The position numbers and the translations under genes were made by a program. The notes beneath the pieces are model-generated. The model was not told where the DNA came from, ran no database searches, and was given only the letters and a program-made list of their open reading frames with translations. Positions 48,406 to 57,385 of a DNA stretch of 64,000 nt are shown piece after piece (the first letter of the stretch is position 1; every line of letters starts with the position of its first letter). Source of the stretch: Candidatus Latescibacterota bacterium (lineage in GTDB: Bacteria; Latescibacterota; UBA2968; UBA8231); the NCBI GenBank assembly GCA_036011085.1, contig DASCMS010000003.1, positions 7,059 to 71,058 on the forward strand, given 5' to 3'.

Positions 48406-49583
48406 GCTGTTTCTCCGGCGGTTCGCACAGCGGCGACCATCTGCCGCATACGTGCCGCGTCATAATCGGGGTGGGTCCCCACCAGAACGGTACGGGCGAG
48501 GAGTCTGAGTGAATCGGCACACATGTCCGACCTGTACTTCACCTTGCATTTGGCATTCGCCGGGATCTTGAATGGATCCAGCGCCGCATGGTGGGCGCCC
48601 TGCTCGCGCATGATGGGCTCCCAGCGTGTGTACACGTGGCGGCCCGTGTCCATCGGCAGAAAGTTGCCGACGCCACGGGACTTCAGACCATTCGAGAACG
48701 ACCGGGCCGTGGATTCGTCTTCAAAGAGAAAGCCGGCGTGCGTACCGCACTCGTGATCGGGACTGTTGTTCGTGATCGACTGCAGCCCCGCCTTCTCGCC
48801 GGCCGCCAGCAGCCGCTTCTTCTGGGAGCGCATCTTCTTCAGCATGGGTTCGAGGCGCGACAACTGGGCGTTGAGAATGGCCCCCTCGAATTCGGACGCG
48901 CGGAAGTTGTTGCCGGCAAACTGCAACTCTTCCCGCCTCTCTTCCGGCTTATCATCCCAGTAGAAGGAGCAGCAGTCAACGGCGACCGAGCCGCGGTCGT
49001 AGACCGCCTTCGACTTCGTCACGAAGGCGCCCCCCTCGCCGCAGGTGATGTTCTTGAAGAAGTTGAAACTGAAAGCGCCGGCGTGGCCGATGGCGCCGAG
49101 CTTCTTGCCACGGTAGCCACCGCCCACTGCCTGACAGGCATCTTCCAGCACCATCAGCTTGTGTTTGTGCGCTACCTTCATGATGCCCGCCATGTCGCAG
49201 GGCAGCCCCACCATGTGCACTGGGATCACCGCACGCGTGTGTTTCGTCAGGCGGCGCTCCAGGTCCTTCGCCGACAGCGTCAACGACTCGTCCACGTCGG
49301 CGATGACGGGGATGGCGCCGGCAGCCAGCACGGCGAGGGCTGTCGCCATGTACGTGTAGGCGGGGACGACGACCTGGTCACCCGGACCGATGCCGAGACC
49401 GACGAGGGCCGTGTAGAGTGCGGACGTACCCGAACGGGACATGCGCGTGTACTTCACGCCGATGTGGGCCGACCAGTCTGCTTCGAACTTGTCACACTCA
49501 CCGCCTGAACCATAGCGGAAGATTTTCCCCGACTCGATGAGACGGCGGATCCGCTTGACCTCGGCCTCCCCTATCCTGTACAC
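48402..49583 (-). CDS. DegT/DnrJ/EryC1/StrS PLP aminotransferase
   Basis: SGTSAL, GIGPGDQV, VHMVG, EDACQA, FSFNFFKNITCGEGG. Confidence 0.93.
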   Translation of the reverse strand: MYRIGEAEVKRIRRLIESGKIFRYGSGGECDKFEADWSAHIGVKYTRMSRSGTSALYTALVGLGIGPGDQVVVPAYTYMATALAVLAAGAIPVIADVDESLTLSAKDLERRLTKHTRAVIPVHMVGLPCDMAGIMKVAHKHKLMVLEDACQAVGGGYRGKKLGAIGHAGAFSFNFFKNITCGEGGAFVTKSKAVYDRGSVAVDCCSFYWDDKPEERREELQFAGNNFRASEFEGAILNAQLSRLEPMLKKMRSQKKRLLAAGEKAGLQSITNNSPDHECGTHAGFLFEDESTARSFSNGLKSRGVGNFLPMDTGRHVYTRWEPIMREQGAHHAALDPFKIPANAKCKVKYRSDMCADSLRLLARTVLVGTHPDYDAARMRQMVAAVRTAGETA

Positions 49584-51457
49584 GATTCACGCTCCTCCAT
49601 TGACTCGTTTGCTTCGATCTTCGCATGCCCCGGGTCGAGACGGACCCAACGGCGCAGGGAATTGATCATGTAGACGGCATCGGCCCCGGCCAGATCGTCC
49701 TGGTGCACGATGGCCTCCTCGATCTGTCCCGACTCGAGCAGCTCCTCGCGAAACGTACCTGGCAGCAGGCCGCTGCCTACCGGTGGCGTCAGTCGCCGGC
49801 CCGCCACCTCGAGGACGATGTTACCGATCGTACACTCCGTCAACTCGCCTCGATCGTTGTATAGAATCACCTCATCCGGCGGATCGACCTCATCAGTTCC
49901 ACGCCCTGCCAGGGCCGACTCGTAGACAGCGCGGCGTGTTGTCTTGTGATACAGAAAGACATCCTCTGTGTCGATGGGGTGAGCTGCCAGCACAGCCGAC
50001 ATGGCGGCCGGAGCGGGCGACATGTCAGCCGCTGCCACCCTGACCGATCCGTCCGCTGACAGACTCAGGCGCACGCGAGAGGTCTGCTCCAGTCTGGTGG
50101 CCACCGAGTCCAGCCGATGGCGCCACACTTCCTCGTCACAGACAAACCCGAAATAGCGTGCCGAGCCCGCCATCCGCAGCAGATGCCGTTGGACAAGATA
50201 GTACCCGGACTCTGGCTCGAACAGAAGCGTCTCGAAGAGATCGAATTCAGGATCGGATGCCAGATTCTGCGAGCTGGAGCCACGCAGAAACTGCGCCTTG
50301 TCCAGACACTCGGCATATTCGGCCGCAGGCTCCGAGTCCCAGGTGATGCCGCCGCCGACGCCGGCTGTAGCCGTCCCGGTCTCGCGCTCCACGATCACGG
50401 TGCGGATAGCGACGTTGAAGGTGGCCTCCATACCTGAAAGGCGTCGGTCTCCCCGGGCCGTTGATGGCGACACGAAGCCGATGCAGCCCGTGTACGCCCC
50501 ACGAGGAACCGGTTCCATCTCTCTGATCACCTGCGTGGCTCGCACTTTGGGCGCCCCGGTGACGGAGCCGCACGGAAACAGGGCGCAGAACAGATCGTGG
50601 AGCCCCGCGTCCCGGCGGGCTCGAGCGGTGATGGTGGATGTCATCTGCCACACGGTGTCATAGCGCTCCACATCCCACAGAGACTCGACCTTCACCGAGC
50701 CCGGCTCGGACACGCGCCCCAAATCGTTCCGCAGCAGATCGACGATCATGAGATTCTCGGACCTGTCCTTTTCCGAAGCTCTGAGCGCCTCCCGCATCAC
50801 CTCGTCCTGCACCGACCAGAGACCTCGTCTGCGTGTGCCTTTCATCGGGCGGGTGCGCACGCGTCCCTCCCCGTCCAGCGAAAAAAACAGTTCAGGCGAC
50901 GCCGACAGGATGGCGCGGTCACCGAAGTCGGCATAGGCACAGAAACCGGCATTGCCCTGTCTCCTGCACATCATATGATAGAGCGCCGCAGGATCACCCT
51001 CGAAGTCAGCCGCCATGGGGAAGGTCATGTTCACCTGATACACGTCGCCGGCGCCCAGGTAGTCGCGGATGACACGAACAGCGTCAGCGTGGGAATGACT
51101 GTCCAGATGTGATTCCCATCCGCCCAGCGTGAAACGCCCTTCGTCCCGGGCCGTCTCGCCAGGCGTTATCTCGTGCCGTTCCGCATACAGACCGAACCAC
51201 GCCAGGCAGTCGAGCGAGCCGTTTCCCGCGGCCGTGTGGACGGCGAGGGCACGATCGAAGGCGGACGCGGCTTCGTACGGGATGATGGCCACCGCATGAG
51301 TTCCGCCCGAGACGGCAGCTTCGACACGCTGAAACGCCAGCTGCATGTCGGCTGGATGTCGCACCACGACCTCGTCAACGGGCTGGCCGAAGCGGAAAGA
51401 TCGGCCCTCCGTTCCCGGGCGGTAGGACTCGAGCAGGATCTGGTCGGGGACGGTCAG
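49571..51457 (-). CDS. pabB: Aminodeoxychorismate synthase component I fused to class-IV aminotransferase-type ADC lyase (PabB-PabC)
   Basis: GDVYQVN, SPELFF, PMKGT, ENLMIVDLLRNDL, FPCGSVTGAPK; then LFETL, HKTTRR, ECTIGN, GLLPGTFR, NSLR; start uncertain (candidate CTG 51457). Confidence 0.9.
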   Translation of the reverse strand: MTVPDQILLESYRPGTEGRSFRFGQPVDEVVVRHPADMQLAFQRVEAAVSGGTHAVAIIPYEAASAFDRALAVHTAAGNGSLDCLAWFGLYAERHEITPGETARDEGRFTLGGWESHLDSHSHADAVRVIRDYLGAGDVYQVNMTFPMAADFEGDPAALYHMMCRRQGNAGFCAYADFGDRAILSASPELFFSLDGEGRVRTRPMKGTRRRGLWSVQDEVMREALRASEKDRSENLMIVDLLRNDLGRVSEPGSVKVESLWDVERYDTVWQMTSTITARARRDAGLHDLFCALFPCGSVTGAPKVRATQVIREMEPVPRGAYTGCIGFVSPSTARGDRRLSGMEATFNVAIRTVIVERETGTATAGVGGGITWDSEPAAEYAECLDKAQFLRGSSSQNLASDPEFDLFETLLFEPESGYYLVQRHLLRMAGSARYFGFVCDEEVWRHRLDSVATRLEQTSRVRLSLSADGSVRVAAADMSPAPAAMSAVLAAHPIDTEDVFLYHKTTRRAVYESALAGRGTDEVDPPDEVILYNDRGELTECTIGNIVLEVAGRRLTPPVGSGLLPGTFREELLESGQIEEAIVHQDDLAGADAVYMINSLRRWVRLDPGHAKIEANESMEERESCTG

Positions 51458-52701
51458 TAGATGAGCCCCCGGAATCGGCGCACAGTGTGCAACGTGATGA
51501 GATTGCCGTCGTGGGCGCTGTGCGCCCGGTGGTCGCCGGAACGCGACAGCACGAGTAGATCGTCCCCGTCGACGACCATGCTGGCGTAGTGCCGCGCCTG
51601 GCCGGCATCCGCTCCCTGGGCCACGATCCCGGCAGGACACCAGTCAACGCAGTTGGAGCTGAAATGAAGCGCCAGAATATGCCGTTCGTTGTTCGGTAGT
51701 CCATAGCGGTTGGCCGGCAACCGGTCGGGCCGTCGCATCGAATCGGTGGCCATCGTCGACAGCAGCCAGTATTTCTCCGATGGCTTGTCGAAGAGGATGT
51801 GGAACCGCATCTGCCCACCGGGACAGGGTACGTAGCGCATGGGCTCACCGGAAGGCGCTGTGACGGCCTCCGTACGCCAGGAGCCGTCCGCCGCCTCGGT
51901 CACCCGGGCGATGGCGGCCAGCCCCGTGCTGCCCGTGTGGGCGCGCATCCAGAGATAGAGAGTACGTCCCGTCGGGTCGTGCCACAGATGATCGGGGTCG
52001 GTGAACTCGACGACATTCGTCTCCAGCCAACCCGGCGGGTGCATGGCCCGACCCTCGCCTCCGCCGACAGAACCCTCATTCCAGAACGGCACACCCACAT
52101 TGCGGGGCACGCAGTCAAGATCGCGGTAGGCCAACTGGCTGGCCAGCGTCCAATTCTCACGCTGCGTGAGGTCGGCCGATTCATCAGCCACCATCAGCAC
52201 GGGTGCAAGCTCCGACACGGGCCAGCCCTTCACTTCGAAGTGCACGCGGCGTTCCATCACCAGCTGCACGCGCCCCCTGGCGCGATGAACGTTGCAGGCC
52301 GACTGATGCCAGTGCTCGCCTTCGGTAAGTGCCACCGGATCACCCCATGTCTCCCCGTCGTCGTCGCTCGCCATGACCGTGAGGTCGGCGTCATGCCCGA
52401 GGATGTAGACACGCCCCCCGGCGGCGAAGGGCCTGGCATGCATGAAGGGAAACAACGCCCGCTCCTGCCACGAGGCACCGTGGTCATCGCTCGTCCACAC
52501 CCGGCCCTGCCAGGCGTTCCTGCCCTCGCCACGGTCGCCCTTGGGACCGCGAAGGCCGGCGACACCGGGCCCGCCCTGGTCCATGGTTGCCACGAGCCGA
52601 CCGGACGGCAGACGTTCCAGCCCGGGCGTGTAGGCATAGATCCGTTCAGGGTCAGGTGATTCGTAGAGAGTGGTGTAGCTCTCGCCGGCCAGCAGCTTCA
52701 A
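51454..52701 (-). CDS. BNR/Asp-box beta-propeller protein (sialidase-like)
   Basis: Asp-boxes TSDDHGASW and ASDDDGETW, RHYAS near the C-terminus; no signal peptide. Confidence 0.8.
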   Translation of the reverse strand: MKLLAGESYTTLYESPDPERIYAYTPGLERLPSGRLVATMDQGGPGVAGLRGPKGDRGEGRNAWQGRVWTSDDHGASWQERALFPFMHARPFAAGGRVYILGHDADLTVMASDDDGETWGDPVALTEGEHWHQSACNVHRARGRVQLVMERRVHFEVKGWPVSELAPVLMVADESADLTQRENWTLASQLAYRDLDCVPRNVGVPFWNEGSVGGGEGRAMHPPGWLETNVVEFTDPDHLWHDPTGRTLYLWMRAHTGSTGLAAIARVTEAADGSWRTEAVTAPSGEPMRYVPCPGGQMRFHILFDKPSEKYWLLSTMATDSMRRPDRLPANRYGLPNNERHILALHFSSNCVDWCPAGIVAQGADAGQARHYASMVVDGDDLLVLSRSGDHRAHSAHDGNLITLHTVRRFRGLIY

Positions 52702-53669
52702 GCATACCCCCCCGGAAGTACTACCTTCGACGCCTCATCCAGTGCCGCCATATCCTCGGCCGTCAACTCCCATCCCAACGCCCCGAACGTCTCGTCCACG
52801 TGTTCGGGCAGGTCCGGGCCGATCATCGGCGCTGTCACCTCCGGGTGTGCGAGCAGCCACGCCACGGCGACCTGCGCCGGTGTCTTGTTATGTTTCTTGC
52901 CGATATCGATCAGGCATTGCACGACACCATCATTCTGCTCGGACATGGCAGAATCAAAGTTCATCCTCCCCTTCGCCCAGGGGGAGTCTGCCGGCGGCGT
53001 CTGCCCCCGCCGGAACCGCCCCGACAGCAAGCCGATGGCCAACGGGCTGTACGTCATCAGGCCGATCCCGTGGCGCCTGGCCAGGGGCAGCAACTCGGCT
53101 TCGATTTCCACGCGTTTCAGCAGGTTGTACTGGTTCTGCAGACAGGCCCAGGGCGTCAGGCCCATGCGGTCCGCCGTCCACATGGCCTCTACCACCTGGG
53201 TGGCGGAAAAGTTGCAGGCGCCGGTATAGATCACCTTGCCCTGGCGCACGAGATCATCCATGGCGCGCAGCGATTCATCCAGCGGCGTCTCAGGATCCCA
53301 GTTGTGCAGCAGGTAGAGATCGATGCGGTCGGTTCCCAGCCGCTTCAGGCTGCGCTCCACCTCTCGCATGATATGGAAGCGTGAAAGACCGGCGTCGTTG
53401 GTCCCCGGACCGATGCGACTCCACACCTTGGTGGTGATGAACAGATCGTCGCGTTTGCCACGCATGGCCCGCGCCAGGACCTGCTCGGACCGCCCGCGAC
53501 CGTAGAAGTTGGCACAGTCGATGAAGTTGCATCCCAGGTCGATGGCGCGATCGATGACACGCACGGCCACGGCGTCATCGTCCTGACCACGGAAGGCGAC
53601 ACCGAGGCATATGCGGCTGACGCGGACACCGAGACGACCCAGCTGAACGTATTCCATTTCTGCTGCCAT
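52698..53669 (-). CDS. Aldo/keto reductase
   Basis: VSRICLG, FIDCANFYG, ITTK, SLKRLGTDRIDLYLLH, YSPLAIGLL; TAATG overlap. Confidence 0.93.
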   Translation of the reverse strand: MAAEMEYVQLGRLGVRVSRICLGVAFRGQDDDAVAVRVIDRAIDLGCNFIDCANFYGRGRSEQVLARAMRGKRDDLFITTKVWSRIGPGTNDAGLSRFHIMREVERSLKRLGTDRIDLYLLHNWDPETPLDESLRAMDDLVRQGKVIYTGACNFSATQVVEAMWTADRMGLTPWACLQNQYNLLKRVEIEAELLPLARRHGIGLMTYSPLAIGLLSGRFRRGQTPPADSPWAKGRMNFDSAMSEQNDGVVQCLIDIGKKHNKTPAQVAVAWLLAHPEVTAPMIGPDLPEHVDETFGALGWELTAEDMAALDEASKVVLPGGYA

Positions 53670-54424
53670 TATCCCGTCGCTCCCTTCACGCTCCACACGG
53701 AGCCGGTTGTATAGGTGTTGCGCTCCGACAACAGCATTTCAGCCACCTCGGCCACCTCTTCCGGATCGGAATAGCGCCCCAGCGGGTTGCCGGGGTCGGC
53801 GATATGTTCCGGTGAAAACCTCGGCACCACCATGTCGGTGAGGGCCCGGCCCGGTTCGACACCGTTGACGAACACACCCTCACCCGAATAAGCGTTACCG
53901 AGGGACTTGATGAGGCTCAGAACGGCTCCCTTCGACACCGCATAGGGAACCTGGTTCGGCGATCCGTTGCGCGCCCCCGAGGTGATGGTCACACATCGTC
54001 CCCAACCGCCTTCCCGCATGTGCGGAATCGCGGCCTGGTGGGCGTGGTAGACGCCGTTCACGTTGATGGCCATCACCTTGGCAAACTGCTGTGTCGACTG
54101 CTCGTGAAACGGCGCCTCCAGGCCGAGGACCCCGGCGGCGCAGGCGAGGATATCGAGCCTCTTGAAAGCGTTCATCGCCATCTCGACGGCGTCCCTGACC
54201 TCGGACTCGATCGTGACATCGGTGAAGGCGAAGACGGCACGCTGGCCGAGGGCGACGATCTCTTTGGCAGTCTGCCGGCCCTGGTCCTCGAGGATGTCGG
54301 CGATGACGATGTCACGCCCCTCTTCGGCCAGACGTATGGCGATGGCACGGCCCAGGCCGCGGGCGCCGCCGGTGACGAGGGCGGCGCGACGTTCCTTGGG
54401 CGCCGCAAAGCGCAGATCGGGCAA
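53669..54424 (-). CDS. Short-chain dehydrogenase/reductase
   Basis: TGGARGLG, AAGV, YAVSKG, VEPG. Confidence 0.92.
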   Translation of the reverse strand: MPDLRFAAPKERRAALVTGGARGLGRAIAIRLAEEGRDIVIADILEDQGRQTAKEIVALGQRAVFAFTDVTIESEVRDAVEMAMNAFKRLDILACAAGVLGLEAPFHEQSTQQFAKVMAINVNGVYHAHQAAIPHMREGGWGRCVTITSGARNGSPNQVPYAVSKGAVLSLIKSLGNAYSGEGVFVNGVEPGRALTDMVVPRFSPEHIADPGNPLGRYSDPEEVAEVAEMLLSERNTYTTGSVWSVKGATG

Positions 54425-54512
54425 GGGATCACTCTCTTCTGGTTGGCGTGCTGGCGCGATGAAGCAGGAGCGCAGTAATATAACCGCACACTTTTATCAA
54501 TGGAATCCGATC

Positions 54513-55634
54513 ATGAAAATCGACCGCATCGAATCCTTCCTCATCGGTGGCGGCTACGTCGTCCGCCTGACCACCGACACCGGACTCACCGGCATCGGCC
54601 AGACCGCCTGCTGGGGATACCCCGAGGCGGTAGCCAGCATTGTCAGCGCCTTCGAACGGTACCTCATCGGCCAGGATCCGCTGCGCATCGAGCATCACTG
54701 GCAGCACCTCTACCGCATGTCCCCCTTCCGCGGCACGGCACTGTCCGGCGCCGTCAGCGCCATCGACATCGCGCTCTGGGACATCAAGGGAAAACAGTAC
54801 CAGGCACCGGTGTGGGACCTGCTCGGCGGCCGCTGCCGCGACAAGATCCGTCTGCATCTTCTCGGCGGCGCCGGCACCCCCGATGCCATGGTTACCGCCG
54901 CGCGTGAGACTGTCGAGGAAGGTTTCACAGCGCTGAAGTTCGACCCCGTCCGCCACATCGACACCGGCATCGACCGCATGGTGAAGACCGCCGTCGATCT
55001 CGTCGCCGCTGCCCGCGAAGGTGGCGGCCCCGACCTCGACATCATCATCGAGGTGCACCGCAAGCTGACGCCGATGACAGCGCTGACCCTGGCGGAGGCC
55101 CTGGCCCCCTTCAACCTCTATTTCTTCGAGGATCCCATCCAGATCGACAGCATCCAGACGCAGAGTGAGGTGTCACGGCGCTCGAACGTACCCATGGGCA
55201 ACGGCGAACGACTGACGACGATCTGGGAGTTCCGGGAGCTGCTCGAGAGCGGCGGTCCACAGTATGTACGACCCGATGTCGGCCTTGCCGGGGGCCTGAG
55301 CCACTGCCGAAAGATCGCCGCCATCGCCGAGTCCTATCACTGCGCCGTGGTGACGCACAATTTCCTCGGCCCCCTGCTGACGGCAGCCTCGGTTCATCTG
55401 GATGCCACGATCCCCAACTTCATCACGCAGGAGTACACCAAGGGCGACGAGAGTGAAGCCAATGCTGTCTACAAGTGCGCCCACCGCCGCGAGGGCGGTT
55501 ACATCCCCCTGCCGGAGGTACCCGGACTTGGCGTGGAGCTGGTAGACGACCTTATCCCTGAACGCCCGTTCCAGCCGATGAACAGCGGTTCCACGCCGCT
55601 GCGAGAAGACGGCTCCGTGGCCTACGCCGTCTGA
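54513..55634 (+). CDS. Galactonate dehydratase-like enolase-superfamily enzyme
   Basis: SAIDIALWDIKGK, ALKFD, EVH, FFEDPI, GER, THN; start moved to ATG 54513. Confidence 0.88.
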   Translation: MKIDRIESFLIGGGYVVRLTTDTGLTGIGQTACWGYPEAVASIVSAFERYLIGQDPLRIEHHWQHLYRMSPFRGTALSGAVSAIDIALWDIKGKQYQAPVWDLLGGRCRDKIRLHLLGGAGTPDAMVTAARETVEEGFTALKFDPVRHIDTGIDRMVKTAVDLVAAAREGGGPDLDIIIEVHRKLTPMTALTLAEALAPFNLYFFEDPIQIDSIQTQSEVSRRSNVPMGNGERLTTIWEFRELLESGGPQYVRPDVGLAGGLSHCRKIAAIAESYHCAVVTHNFLGPLLTAASVHLDATIPNFITQEYTKGDESEANAVYKCAHRREGGYIPLPEVPGLGVELVDDLIPERPFQPMNSGSTPLREDGSVAYAV

Positions 55635-55644
55635 CCCCCCTCGG

Positions 55645-57348
55645 TCAGGCCTGGAACCTGCCCGCCTCGATGTGCAGGGTGTGATCCACCGGCGACATGA
55701 GGGGGATCAGCATCCGGAAGGCGTCCGGGGCGTCGGGACTGTTGTGCATCTTCCACATGGTGTGGGCACAACTGCCGGGACCGATGGTGATCAGGTCATC
55801 AGCCACCCGATAGACGGCCTGGCCACTCTTGAGAATGAGGGTTGTGCCAGCCTGCGCTTCGAGGATGGCCCCCTCCACCTCGACGGTTCCTCCCGGCTCG
55901 AAGAGAAGCTCGAGCTGGCACGGCACACCCTCGACGCCTCCGGCAGTGGTCACGCGCAGCTCGAAGGCCGTGTTGTCGCTGCCATCACTCGCCTCGCTGA
56001 CCGCGAGCTCGATCGACATGGGCGGCAACTCGTAGGTCTGCCGCCGGGCCCGGACTTGTTGCCAGTTGCCGGCATCCACTTTCGTGCCATCGTCGACTGG
56101 CAGCCAGTAGATGGGCCGGTCATACGCCTTCTCGGGATAGATGGGATTCACCCCGGCGTGATGCAGCCGTCCGCCACGGTCGCCGTCGATGGGAGTCATG
56201 TCGAGACCGACGAACCGGCCGGTAGCGAAATACGTGGACGAGATGCGCACTGCCGACAACTCAGCCTCGCCCTGGCGCAGGCTGAAAGGTGTGTCCAGCC
56301 CCTCGGCCAGGGTGGCGCTGGCGCGATCTCTTCGAACCCTCCACAGACGGGCCGCCGGGTAGTACTTCCGGTAGGAGGTCGTCAGTGCCTCTCGGGGAAC
56401 GTCGCCGTCGTCCCGCCATTGCGGATGGGTAAGAAAGGGTTCCAGTTCCCACGTGCCCCCAGGTCCCCCCTTCTCCAGCAACCAGTCGGCGACGGCAGCA
56501 AAACGCCCGTTGCCGTCGTGTCGGGCCAGCGTGTAGTAACTGTCGGCGAGCCCCGAAGGCACGACACGGGCGCCGCGGTCCTGCCGGCTCGAGACACTGG
56601 TAACCACCGTGGCATCGGCGTGCATCAGGTGGTAGGACATCTCCAGGTTTGCGCGCACGGGGTCGAGCAGTTCGGCCCGCCCGAGTGACTCGGCCGCCAA
56701 ACGCAGGGAGCGATCCACGACGGGATTATATACCGATGTGGAACGTTCGATGAACTCCCCGTCAGCATTGACGTCGATCGTTTCGGCGAGGTAGGCTTCG
56801 ACGGTGGGCATGACCTCATCGGCCAGATCGGGGAAGAGCTCACAAGCCATGGATAGCGCCGAGACGAGGACCCATCTATGGTTCGGGGTGTGGAAACCGC
56901 CCGATACCATGCCCGGCGCCGCCGTACGGATGAGCTCCCCGAGAGATTCCGCAATCCTCTCGGCGCCGTTGTCTCCGGCGCCGGCTGCCTGGCGCGCCGC
57001 CCGCACCACCGGCGCCAGACCCTGTACGGTGAAACCCGTGTCCGGAGAGGAATCGAAGTTCGTGACCAGCAGATCGAAGCGGCCCGCCGGTGTACGACGA
57101 CGGCGCCCCCACGCGGCGGCGCGTTCGATACGATCCACCAGAGCGGTGTCCCCGTGATGGCGCGACTCGGGCAGGAGGTAGGCGTAACCGAAGGTGGCGG
57201 CGGAGCTGACCTGATTCGGTCCGGCCAGGCCATCCGGGCCGACAAAGCCGCCTTCGTCGGGATGCCCGGTGGTGTCGATCTGATGCGCCGCCAGCGCCGT
57301 GACCCGCTCATCGACGGCGGCCACCAGCCGCCGGTAGTCGTATGACAT
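55645..57348 (-). CDS. Hypothetical protein, possible polysaccharide lyase-like helical toroid plus beta-sandwich
   Basis: AGGAGG RBS before ATG 57348; SSPDTGF, GGFHTPNHRWV, DGEFIERS..YN. Confidence 0.7.
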   Translation of the reverse strand: MSYDYRRLVAAVDERVTALAAHQIDTTGHPDEGGFVGPDGLAGPNQVSSAATFGYAYLLPESRHHGDTALVDRIERAAAWGRRRRTPAGRFDLLVTNFDSSPDTGFTVQGLAPVVRAARQAAGAGDNGAERIAESLGELIRTAAPGMVSGGFHTPNHRWVLVSALSMACELFPDLADEVMPTVEAYLAETIDVNADGEFIERSTSVYNPVVDRSLRLAAESLGRAELLDPVRANLEMSYHLMHADATVVTSVSSRQDRGARVVPSGLADSYYTLARHDGNGRFAAVADWLLEKGGPGGTWELEPFLTHPQWRDDGDVPREALTTSYRKYYPAARLWRVRRDRASATLAEGLDTPFSLRQGEAELSAVRISSTYFATGRFVGLDMTPIDGDRGGRLHHAGVNPIYPEKAYDRPIYWLPVDDGTKVDAGNWQQVRARRQTYELPPMSIELAVSEASDGSDNTAFELRVTTAGGVEGVPCQLELLFEPGGTVEVEGAILEAQAGTTLILKSGQAVYRVADDLITIGPGSCAHTMWKMHNSPDAPDAFRMLIPLMSPVDHTLHIEAGRFQA

Positions 57349-57385
57349 CGTACCTCCTGTCGAACCTGATTCGGTTGAGTGCGAG

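Noticed and set aside
49571-51457. PabB-PabC fusion as a novelty
   Set aside because: This fusion is already known in many bacteria
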